From assembly GCA_000998025.1 (NCBI GenBank), contig LCJG01000001.1:1-48344 (forward strand): a stretch of 48,344 nucleotides of DNA, in the 5' to 3' direction. Shown here piece after piece: positions 9,442 through 16,405 of the stretch (position 1 is the stretch's first letter; each line of letters begins with the position of its first letter). The position numbers and the translations under genes were made by a program. The stretch is from Candidatus Collierbacteria bacterium GW2011_GWB1_44_6. Lineage in GTDB: Bacteria > Patescibacteriota > Microgenomatia > UBA1400 > MFAQ01. A model generated the notes under the pieces. That model had not been told where the DNA came from, did no database searches, and saw nothing but the letters and a program-made list of their open reading frames with translations.

Positions 9442-10716
9442 ATGGCCAAAATTCAGGGCATAAACGCAATTGACATTGGTTCCAGCAAAATCACTTGCTT
9501 GGTAACCACACCGTCGCAAGATGGAACAAAAATTAATGTCGTCGGAGTGGCCACGGTCCCTAGTAGGGGAGTTCGTAAGGGCCAGATTGTGAATATCGAA
9601 GAATGTGTGGGTGCGATTACAGATTGTGTTGAGTCCGCCGAGCGCATGGCCGGTGTCGGTGTCGATTCTGCATATGCCTCAATTTCCGGTGAACATATCC
9701 AGTCGCAAAATTCTCACGGCCTGGTTGCTATCCGAGAAGCCGATGAGGAGATTTCATCAGAAGATGTTTTTCGGGTTATCGAGGCAGCCAGAGCTGTTTC
9801 CTTGCCTAGTTCCAGAGAGATCATTCACGTTTTACCAAGTGAATTTGTTGTCGATAGCCAGAGAGGAATAAAAGACCCTACTGGCATGTCCGGCGTCCGC
9901 CTGGAAACAGAGGCCCATCTGATTACCGGTCTCACTCCAGCTATAAAAAATGTTACTCGATGCGTCAGCGAACTGGGGGTAAATGTGGCCGGCCTAGTTT
10001 TTACGGGGCTCGCTTCCGCTGAATCGGTCCTTACTGATACCGATAAGGAGCTCGGTGTTATTCTCGTAGATATCGGAGGTGGCACCTCGAGCGTTTGCAT
10101 CTATCTTGAAGGATCTTGCGTATATTCTGCTGTGATTCCGGTAGGTGCCAAAAAAATTAGTGATGATATTGCCATTGGCTTGCAGGTCAGTGTCGATAGT
10201 GCGGAAAAAATCAAGCATTTTGTCAGCAAACCAAAGCACGAAAGAGACGAAGATGACCAAAAAAATGCAGACGAAATTGATTTGGCGAAATTGGGTATCA
10301 GTGAGGATGTCAAAAAAGTTTCACGAAAAACAATCACCGAGGGTATTATTCGTCCTAGGCTAAATGAGATCTTTTCACTGGTCGGCCAAGTTATTAAACA
10401 ATCTGGTTTTGATGGTCAGACACCTGCCGGAGTCACCCTTACCGGTGGAGGCTCTCTCACAGTCAACTGCACCGAGGCATGCCGCAGAGTTCTACAACTA
10501 CCAGCAAAAATAGGAACACCTACTGGTTTGTCGGGTATGATCGAAGAAATATCTTCACCAATATCTGCCACCGCCGTTGGATTGGTACTATATGGCTACA
10601 AAAGAAAAGATGAAATACCCGCTTCAGGATTTAAACTCTCTGGTATGATAAAGGGAATTCCCGGAAAGCAAGTTACCGGAAAGATAATTGAATTTATAAA
10701 ATCCTTTTTACCATAA
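9442..10716 (+). CDS. ftsA: Cell division protein FtsA
   Basis: [34 protein letters not shown]-terminal amphipathic helix. Confidence 0.97.
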   Translation: MAKIQGINAIDIGSSKITCLVTTPSQDGTKINVVGVATVPSRGVRKGQIVNIEECVGAITDCVESAERMAGVGVDSAYASISGEHIQSQNSHGLVAIREADEEISSEDVFRVIEAARAVSLPSSREIIHVLPSEFVVDSQRGIKDPTGMSGVRLETEAHLITGLTPAIKNVTRCVSELGVNVAGLVFTGLASAESVLTDTDKELGVILVDIGGGTSSVCIYLEGSCVYSAVIPVGAKKISDDIAIGLQVSVDSAEKIKHFVSKPKHERDEDDQKNADEIDLAKLGISEDVKKVSRKTITEGIIRPRLNEIFSLVGQVIKQSGFDGQTPAGVTLTGGGSLTVNCTEACRRVLQLPAKIGTPTGLSGMIEEISSPISATAVGLVLYGYKRKDEIPASGFKLSGMIKGIPGKQVTGKIIEFIKSFLP

Positions 10717-10717
10717 A

Positions 10718-11902
10718 GTGGGTCTCGTAAAACCAGATACAAATACTTTTGCCAAGATAAAAGTTCTCGGCGTCGGCGGAGGCGGAAACAACGCCATTAA
10801 TTCTATGATCTCTTCGGGGAAAATAAAGGGAGTTGAGTTTGTGGCGATCAATACAGACATGCAGGCATTGATTGCTAGCAATGCTGATATCAAACTCCAA
10901 ATAGGCGAGAAGAGCACAAAAGGGCTTGGATCCGGTTCTAATCCCGAGGTGGGTGCCGCAGCTGCCGAAGAATCTCGAGAAAAAATTAAAGAAGTGCTTA
11001 TGGGAGCCGACATGGTTTTCGTCACCGCCGGAGAAGGCGGGGGGACCGGAACCGGAGCCGCTCCCGTCATCGCCGAAATAGCCAAAAAAGATGTCGGCGC
11101 TTTAACTGTAGCTGTTGTCACCAAACCATTCCTTTTTGAAGGGGCTCGTCGACGAGTCCAAGCAGAAGAAGGAATCGAGAAACTCAGAGAAAATGTTGAC
11201 ACCTTGATCGTTATTCCCAATCAAAGACTGATGGATGTTGTTAAGAAAGATCAGACCTTGCTTGACGCTTTTAAAACTGCCGATTCGGTACTAGGTCAGG
11301 GAGTCCAAAGTATTTCCGACTTAATTACCATCCCCGGTCTGGTCAATCTAGACTTCGCCGATGTTAAGTCGGTTATGTCCAACGCCGGCTCAGCTCTTAT
11401 GGGTATTGGAAAAGCCAGTGGAGATAAGAGAGCTATTATCGCCGCCAACGCTGCCATCAGTTCACCACTATTGGAAATAGGCATCGAAGGCGCCAAAGGA
11501 ATCATCTATAACATCGCCGGAAACGAAAATCTAACTCTGAATGAGATAAACGAAGCTTCTTCCATAATTACTCAATCGGCAGATCCAGACGCCAATATTA
11601 TTTTTGGTACCACCATAAGAAAAGATCTGGGAGATGAGATTCAAATTTCTGTAATAGCGGCAGGATTTGATAACATACGTCACTTTTCTCCAACACAATC
11701 CACCACTTATTTTAAGCCAGCCGGTTTAGAGCCGGTTCAGCCCTCTCCTTCCGTCATCCCGAGCGAAGGAGTTTACCCGCCTGGGCGGGAGAGATCTCAT
11801 TCCAACCTTCCCAAAACAGTCGGCAAATACAAGCTTCAACACGATGAGGTCGATATCGAAGATGACCTCGATATTCCCACCTTCCTCAGGAACAAATTTT
11901 GA
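10718..11902 (+). CDS. ftsZ: Cell division protein FtsZ
   Basis: [24 protein letters not shown]-terminal [11 protein letters not shown] start. Confidence 0.98.
   Translation: MGLVKPDTNTFAKIKVLGVGGGGNNAINSMISSGKIKGVEFVAINTDMQALIASNADIKLQIGEKSTKGLGSGSNPEVGAAAAEESREKIKEVLMGADMVFVTAGEGGGTGTGAAPVIAEIAKKDVGALTVAVVTKPFLFEGARRRVQAEEGIEKLRENVDTLIVIPNQRLMDVVKKDQTLLDAFKTADSVLGQGVQSISDLITIPGLVNLDFADVKSVMSNAGSALMGIGKASGDKRAIIAANAAISSPLLEIGIEGAKGIIYNIAGNENLTLNEINEASSIITQSADPDANIIFGTTIRKDLGDEIQISVIAAGFDNIRHFSPTQSTTYFKPAGLEPVQPSPSVIPSEGVYPPGRERSHSNLPKTVGKYKLQHDEVDIEDDLDIPTFLRNKF
11753..11798. repeat. Palindromic REP/RPE-like element in frame in the ftsZ linker
   Basis: GTCATCCCGAGCGAAGG-AGTTTA-CCCGCC-TG-GGCGGG-AGAGATCTC. 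Confidence 0.6.
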
Positions 11903-11918
11903 GATAAACTATCCTATA

Positions 11919-11947
11919 TTGACTCATAGACTCGAATAATGTAAAAT
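11919..11947 (+). promoter_or_regulatory. sigma70-type promoter for the 11988 gene
   Basis: TTGACT-N17-TAAAAT, bracketed by ATCCTATA / TATAGGAT. Confidence 0.75.
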
Positions 11948-11987
11948 CTATAGGATTAAGTTTAGCATCTTGAAAAAGGAGGTAAGC

Positions 11988-12530
11988 ATGTTAGAACCAG
12001 AGGATTATGAGAGGATGGCCAATGCCGTCCACCTGGCTGAACAAGCCTTGGACGGAGCCGTTCAAAAAGTATCAAATAGCGGCTTCATCGTCGTATTGGG
12101 AGTGGTCGTACTCGTGGCGGCCATGGCCATTTTCGGCCTGATCACTTCATTTGCTCCCACAACGATTGCCATTCCCACGCTACCAGAAGCTCGGGCACTG
12201 CCTGAAAGGCCAGAAAATCTGCCCACTATCACCCCCACTACCATACAGGTCAAAGTTCTCCTGGTCATGGTCGATGGGGTCATTAATCCAGACTTAAACA
12301 CCTGGATAAGCTTATCGATCAAGGACGAATTTGAGATCACTGGAACTTGCGGTCTCAACGGGCTGACCTTTGAGATCCCAGAGGGTACCCACCAGGCCAC
12401 CCTGGTAAGGTATGACACCGCAAGTATTACCCGGGTGGAGATTCTACCCCCCACACCGGGCAACATGGGCACTCTAGTGGTAAAACCACTCTGTACCCTT
12501 GGAGATAAATATTATTTCGATGCTCACTAG
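11988..12530 (+). CDS. Membrane-anchored hypothetical protein with possible class III (prepilin-like) signal
   Basis: SD AAGGAGGT then ATG 11988; SNSG|FIVVLGVVVLVAAMAIFG hydrophobic segment, P/T-rich linker, two Cys. Confidence 0.7.
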   Translation: MLEPEDYERMANAVHLAEQALDGAVQKVSNSGFIVVLGVVVLVAAMAIFGLITSFAPTTIAIPTLPEARALPERPENLPTITPTTIQVKVLLVMVDGVINPDLNTWISLSIKDEFEITGTCGLNGLTFEIPEGTHQATLVRYDTASITRVEILPPTPGNMGTLVVKPLCTLGDKYYFDAH

Positions 12531-12536
12531 TCTCTC

Positions 12537-12562
12537 ATCCCGGCCATCTGGTCGGGATTTTT
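12537..12562 (+). terminator. Intrinsic terminator
   Basis: ATCCCGGCC-ATCT-GGTCGGGAT then TTTT. Confidence 0.65.
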
Positions 12563-12629
12563 GCGTAAAAAACCATCTCACTATAAAAGTGGTAAAATGT
12601 CCCAGAAAGCACCTTGATTTGGAGGAACC

Positions 12630-13085
12630 ATGAATAATATCTCGCAAAAAGGTCAGAGTCTAGCCACATACTCCGCAATTCTTCTCCTTGTAGCCATAGT
12701 TGTCGTTCTTGGGTTGTATGTATACGTTGACATTGTGGAAAGGTCAAATTTCAAAAAGGCTATTGATAGTGGATCTATTACCATAATAGCTGAAGGAGCT
12801 TCACTTCATGGCGGGGTTGTGACCCACCCTTCATCGGTTGACCCATTTGATGTGCCCAGTGTTGATGCTTCGGGAATCATTAGCTATCCCCGAGCCTGGA
12901 CTCTGAGCGGTTGCATCAGTGTTGCTGTGCCGAATGATAAGGGCACTCTTTATGCCGCAGTCCCGCTGCCACAAGAAATGGCGGACAAAATTCAAATTCA
13001 AACCCCGATCACTGGAGGGGAAATGGTAAACATCTGTGGACCAGAGTGGTTACCTACTGAAATCTATCTCTGGGTGGAGGAATAA
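12630..13085 (+). CDS. Flp/Tad-like prepilin-domain protein
   Basis: SD GGAGG; KG|QSLATYSAILLLVAIVVV resembles G|QxxxEY Flp motif; two Cys in C-terminal domain. Confidence 0.65.
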   Translation: MNNISQKGQSLATYSAILLLVAIVVVLGLYVYVDIVERSNFKKAIDSGSITIIAEGASLHGGVVTHPSSVDPFDVPSVDASGIISYPRAWTLSGCISVAVPNDKGTLYAAVPLPQEMADKIQIQTPITGGEMVNICGPEWLPTEIYLWVEE

Positions 13086-13282
13086 TGATCGTTGTTTGTA
13101 TCCTGTTAATGCTTGCAAGCTTAGGGTTTTTCGGGCAAGAACTTCAGGCATTTGCCCAACTATTCTCTTTAATTATTTGTATTTTGATTGTTCTACTGAT
13201 TCTCGCAGTCCTGATATATCCCCTGGTCCACTCGATTCTGGTTTTCTTTGGAGTCGCTTCGCTAGGTATCGCTCTCATTTGA
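13085..13282 (+). CDS. Small hydrophobic membrane protein
   Basis: TAATG overlap with upstream gene, SD GGAGG, almost entirely hydrophobic 65 aa. Confidence 0.6.
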   Translation: MIVVCILLMLASLGFFGQELQAFAQLFSLIICILIVLLILAVLIYPLVHSILVFFGVASLGIALI

Positions 13283-13298
13283 GGGCGATTTTTGCACC

Positions 13299-13326
13299 TT
13301 GACTTTCGCGTTTTATTTGGTTTAAT
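13299..13326 (+). promoter_or_regulatory. Promoter of the mutagenesis cassette
   Basis: TTGACT-N16-TTTAAT with TG extension. Confidence 0.5.
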
Positions 13327-13333
13327 GAAAGTA

Positions 13334-13349
13334 TTCGGTATTTATTCGG
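13334..13349 (+). promoter_or_regulatory. Probable LexA (SOS) box, direct-repeat type
   Basis: TTCGG-TATTTA-TTCGG between -10 and ATG 13360 of an error-prone polymerase operon; matches the Patescibacteria LexA motif as I recall it. Confidence 0.7.
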
Positions 13350-13359
13350 TTAAATAAAA

Positions 13360-13620
13360 ATGATTCAAAAAATATCAGCCCCCGTTTCAGTCCAGACAGT
13401 TTTCGATCATCGCAAAAGAACAGTTTCTCCCCGCCAGATTTTTTGGGACGGCCGTATCTTCCGTATTGCCCAGGTCGGTTTGCACCATACGTTCCGGGAA
13501 GGGAGAACTCTATTCCATATTTTTTCTGTAGTTTCGCAAAATCTTTCTTTCCGGCTGAGACTTGATACCGATTCATTATTTTGGACTTTGGAAGAAATCT
13601 CCGATGGGCTTGCCGATTAG
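13360..13620 (+). CDS. Small DUF6504/ImuB-C-like protein
   Basis: P..IFWDGRIFRI...H...F.V.....FRLRLD....WTL pattern; overlaps start of polymerase gene. Confidence 0.7.
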   Translation: MIQKISAPVSVQTVFDHRKRTVSPRQIFWDGRIFRIAQVGLHHTFREGRTLFHIFSVVSQNLSFRLRLDTDSLFWTLEEISDGLAD

Positions 13621-14851
13621 ACCTGCCCGCCGGGGTGGGCTCGACTTTAACTCTTCTCCCTCTACCGTTATGCACATCGACCTAAACTCTTGCTTTGCTA
13701 CTATAGAGCAGCAAGCCAATCCTCTCCTCCGGGACAAACCTATCGCTGTCGCAGCTTATACTACTCCCAACGGCTGCATTCTCGCCCCCTCCGTCCAGGC
13801 AAAAAAGCTTGGTGTCAAAGTCGGCATGCGGGTCAAAGATGGTCGTTTGCTTTGTCCCGGTTTGATTGTTCTGGACTCGGACCCGGACAAATATCGAGCT
13901 GTTCATGTTGGGTTAAAAAAAATACTTTCGGATTACACTCCCGAAGTAGTCCCTAAATCCATTGACGAATTTGTTCTTAACTTCGCCGGAACACCGGCCT
14001 TTCAGAGAGGACTCTTTGTCATCGGCCAAGAAATAAAAGACCGCATCAAAAAAGAAGTGGGAGACTACCTAACTGTTTCCGTAGGACTGGGCCCCAACCG
14101 CTTTCTCGCCAAAACAGCCAGCAACCTCCACAAGCCGGATGGGCTAGATGAAATAAATAAAAATAATTTTCTAAATATTTACAAAAATCTGGTCCTGACG
14201 GATCTTACGGGGATTGCCCGCCAAAATGCCATCCGCCTAAATGCCGCTGACATTTATACCGTTTTGGATTTTTATCATGCGGACCTTCATATTTTGCGCT
14301 CAGCCTTTCACTCTATCGCAAGTTACTATTGGTTTGTGCGTTTGCGTGGATGGGAAATAGATGATGTTGATTGGGGTGTCAAAAGTTTTGGTCATTCTTA
14401 CGCTTTGCCAAAATTCCTAACCAAGCCGGAAGAGCTTGCCCCTATTCTTTCCAAATTAGTCGAAAAATTAGGTTTCAGGATGCGGGGATCAGACTACCAG
14501 GCGAAAGGTGTTCATTTGAGCTTACTCTTCCGGGATCATCAGTACTGGCATCAGGGAATGAGTCTGGATCAGCCCTTGTTTTCCAGTCAGGATATTTACC
14601 GGGTTGCCTACAGAATTCTTTCCCACTCTCCTTACCGGCTGCCTGTCCGCAACCTAGCTGTCTCGTGTTTTAATCTTTCGAATCTAGCCTCTTTACAGCT
14701 TGGGCTATTTGAAGACCGTTTGAAGAAAGAAAATTTAGTCAAAGCCATCGACGATGTCAACGACCGCTGGGGAGACTTTATTGTTACTCCGGCCATCATG
14801 GCTAATACCGGCGGCATCATCCGTGACCGGATCAGTTTTGGAAAGATGTAG
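13604..14851 (+). CDS. dinB: Y-family DNA polymerase (DinB/Pol IV-like)
   Basis: HIDLNSCFATIE, SIDE, AKTAS..KPDG, clamp motif QLGLF, C-terminal AIDDVNDRWG; start 13604 (or 13670). Confidence 0.92.
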   Translation: MGLPIRPARRGGLDFNSSPSTVMHIDLNSCFATIEQQANPLLRDKPIAVAAYTTPNGCILAPSVQAKKLGVKVGMRVKDGRLLCPGLIVLDSDPDKYRAVHVGLKKILSDYTPEVVPKSIDEFVLNFAGTPAFQRGLFVIGQEIKDRIKKEVGDYLTVSVGLGPNRFLAKTASNLHKPDGLDEINKNNFLNIYKNLVLTDLTGIARQNAIRLNAADIYTVLDFYHADLHILRSAFHSIASYYWFVRLRGWEIDDVDWGVKSFGHSYALPKFLTKPEELAPILSKLVEKLGFRMRGSDYQAKGVHLSLLFRDHQYWHQGMSLDQPLFSSQDIYRVAYRILSHSPYRLPVRNLAVSCFNLSNLASLQLGLFEDRLKKENLVKAIDDVNDRWGDFIVTPAIMANTGGIIRDRISFGKM

Positions 14852-15206
14852 CCTCCACCTTGGTCTTGTGGATAGTCCCATCTGGGTGGTGGGCGGGAGA
14901 ATAGATTGTATACAGCTTCAGCGGCTCAGTTGCGGAGGTATTGATAATGTTGTGATTTGTGCCTGCAGGAACAATCAATACATCGTTTGCCTTAAAGCTA
15001 ATTTCCTTGTTATTTATGATGGCCTTACCTTCTCCGGCCTCAAAACGGAAGAATTGATCGTTGTCAGGATGAACTTCCACTCCAATCTCTTCACCAGGAA
15101 CCAGGTTCATAAGTACCAGCTGAGAGTGTGGTGCCGTAAATAGCACCTTTCTGAAATTATCGTTGTTTAGTGTATCCTCTTCAATGTTTGTGTGAAATCC
15201 TACCAT
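14832..15206 (-). CDS. Cupin domain protein
   Basis: EIGVEVHPDNDQFF, VPAGTNHNI, LKLYTIYSP..H; start ATG 15206 with TAAACT 7 nt upstream. Confidence 0.9.
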   Translation of the reverse strand: MVGFHTNIEEDTLNNDNFRKVLFTAPHSQLVLMNLVPGEEIGVEVHPDNDQFFRFEAGEGKAIINNKEISFKANDVLIVPAGTNHNIINTSATEPLKLYTIYSPAHHPDGTIHKTKVEATSFQN

Positions 15207-15311
15207 GGTTATTAGTTTACTGATAATATCCCATCTTACACCAATTACTGCCAATTTTAACCAGGCACAACTCGAGCCCAGGTTAAGGCTAGGGATTAAG
15301 GGTCATGTGAT

Positions 15312-15340
15312 TTGACATTTAGCCTATAATAGTATACAAT
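15312..15340 (+). promoter_or_regulatory. sigma70-type promoter of VanW gene
   Basis: TTGACA-N17-TACAAT, 8 nt before ATG. Confidence 0.75.
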
Positions 15341-15348
15341 ACCCCACT

Positions 15349-16005
15349 ATGAAACAATACATACTCTCTCTCCTTATCGCTTTAATCGTGGGCCAGTCTC
15401 AGCTACCTGTAGCTTCAATGGTCGTCATTACCGACCCCGAAATCCTGTCCAGCAGGGAAATTGACATGGACTACCGTTATCGTGTTTCTTCTGTGAGCAA
15501 TATCTTCAAGGACAATATACTTCTCAACATTGCCTACATGGACGGCAGGGTATCTTCCGCTAAAGACATCAATTGGGAAGAAGTCAACAAACCTTTCCAT
15601 TCCGAATTTACCCTGGAACCCAACCAATCCTTTGCCTATCATGATGTTATTTTGCCCGAATACAAGGACAAGGTTGTGGTCACTACCAATGCCCGTTTTA
15701 ATAAGCAAGATGGGTTCAAGACCGATGGCTATCTCTATGGAGACGGAGTTTGTCAACTTGCCTCACTCATAAACTGGGCGGCCAGAGATGCCAAACTGGA
15801 AGTGGAGCAATTCACCAACCATGATTTTGCCACCATTCCTGAAGTCCCCAAAAAATATGGAGTCGCCATCTATTTGGATCCAGGTAATTTGGCTTCCAGC
15901 GCCAGAAAGAACTTGTATATTACGAATAATCAGGACAAGCCTGTTACCTTCCACTTTGACTATGAGGAAGGTCAGTTAAAGATCTCTGTCTCCAAAGTCA
16001 CTTAA
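15349..16005 (+). CDS. VanW-family protein
   Basis: LEPNQSFAY, YGDGVCQLAS, NH, NLYITNN; N-terminal signal. Confidence 0.85.
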   Translation: MKQYILSLLIALIVGQSQLPVASMVVITDPEILSSREIDMDYRYRVSSVSNIFKDNILLNIAYMDGRVSSAKDINWEEVNKPFHSEFTLEPNQSFAYHDVILPEYKDKVVVTTNARFNKQDGFKTDGYLYGDGVCQLASLINWAARDAKLEVEQFTNHDFATIPEVPKKYGVAIYLDPGNLASSARKNLYITNNQDKPVTFHFDYEEGQLKISVSKVT

Positions 16006-16015
16006 TTATGCCAAT

Positions 16016-16052
16016 AAAAAGCCACCATTCTGTAAGAAAAGGTGGCTTTTTT
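16016..16052. terminator. Bidirectional intrinsic terminator
   Basis: AAAAAGCCACC-ATTCTGTAAGAAAA-GGTGGCTTTTTT, U-tract on both strands. Confidence 0.85.
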
Positions 16053-16276
16053 CTCTGCTTTACACCGACCACCAAGTACCAAAATACTTAGATATCTTAG
16101 CTTATAAGTTGGATGGATTCTTACAATCCATTGTTTTTATGGCAGCCAATACACGTACCTCAGAGAAGGACAGGATCCCTAGGCTGTATTGCTCATTTTT
16201 TGAAGAGCGGTGTACCAGTAAAAGTTAAAGAGCTCGTAATTTTGTAACTTACTCCTACACTTATACATGTGGGATT
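16016..16276 (-). ncRNA. Candidate structured non-coding RNA (~260 nt), family unknown
   Basis: Own promoter and terminator, no convincing ORF, hand-folded perfect four-way junction with G-U pairs valid only on minus strand. Confidence 0.65.
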
Positions 16277-16282
16277 AATTAC

Positions 16283-16311
16283 ACTTTAGAACTTATTTAC
16301 ATAGTTGTCAA
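16283..16311 (-). promoter_or_regulatory. sigma70-type promoter of the candidate ncRNA
   Basis: TTGACA-N17-TAAAGT on minus strand. Confidence 0.7.
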
Positions 16312-16405
16312 CACCTTATCGGCTCTTGGTAATCCCTTAATTACCATTTAAATTACACGGTATAATAATCTAAAGGTGTTTGGGTTCGGTAAGTAACCTA
16401 TTTAT

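Noticed and set aside
10317..10332. parS-like AGTTTCACGAAAAACA in ftsA
   Set aside because: Three mismatches to TGTTTCACGTGAAACA, symmetry broken, explained by KVSRKT codons
1757..11902. Alternative genetic code (UGA=Gly) as in some CPR lineages
   Set aside because: mraZ, ftsW and ftsZ end at TGA at their expected C-termini and long genes have no internal TGA
15283..15301. TTAAGG direct repeat upstream of VanW gene as a response-regulator box
   Set aside because: 13-nt period does not fit the usual 10-11 nt; no regulator nearby
16179..16268. 29-codon minus-strand ORF MYKCRSK... inside the candidate RNA
   Set aside because: No SD, not at the predicted start site, explains only a third of the transcript; not fully excluded
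16061..16276. RNase P, tmRNA, SRP or 6S identity for the candidate RNA
   Set aside because: No GAGGAAAGUCC, no tRNA-like ends, no SRP helix-8 motif, branched not rod-like; only a covariance search can exclude these fully
16053..16405. T-box riboswitch ahead of ileS
   Set aside because: No T-box consensus or terminator before the ATG; ileS -10 is only ~40 nt upstream; structure favours the minus strand
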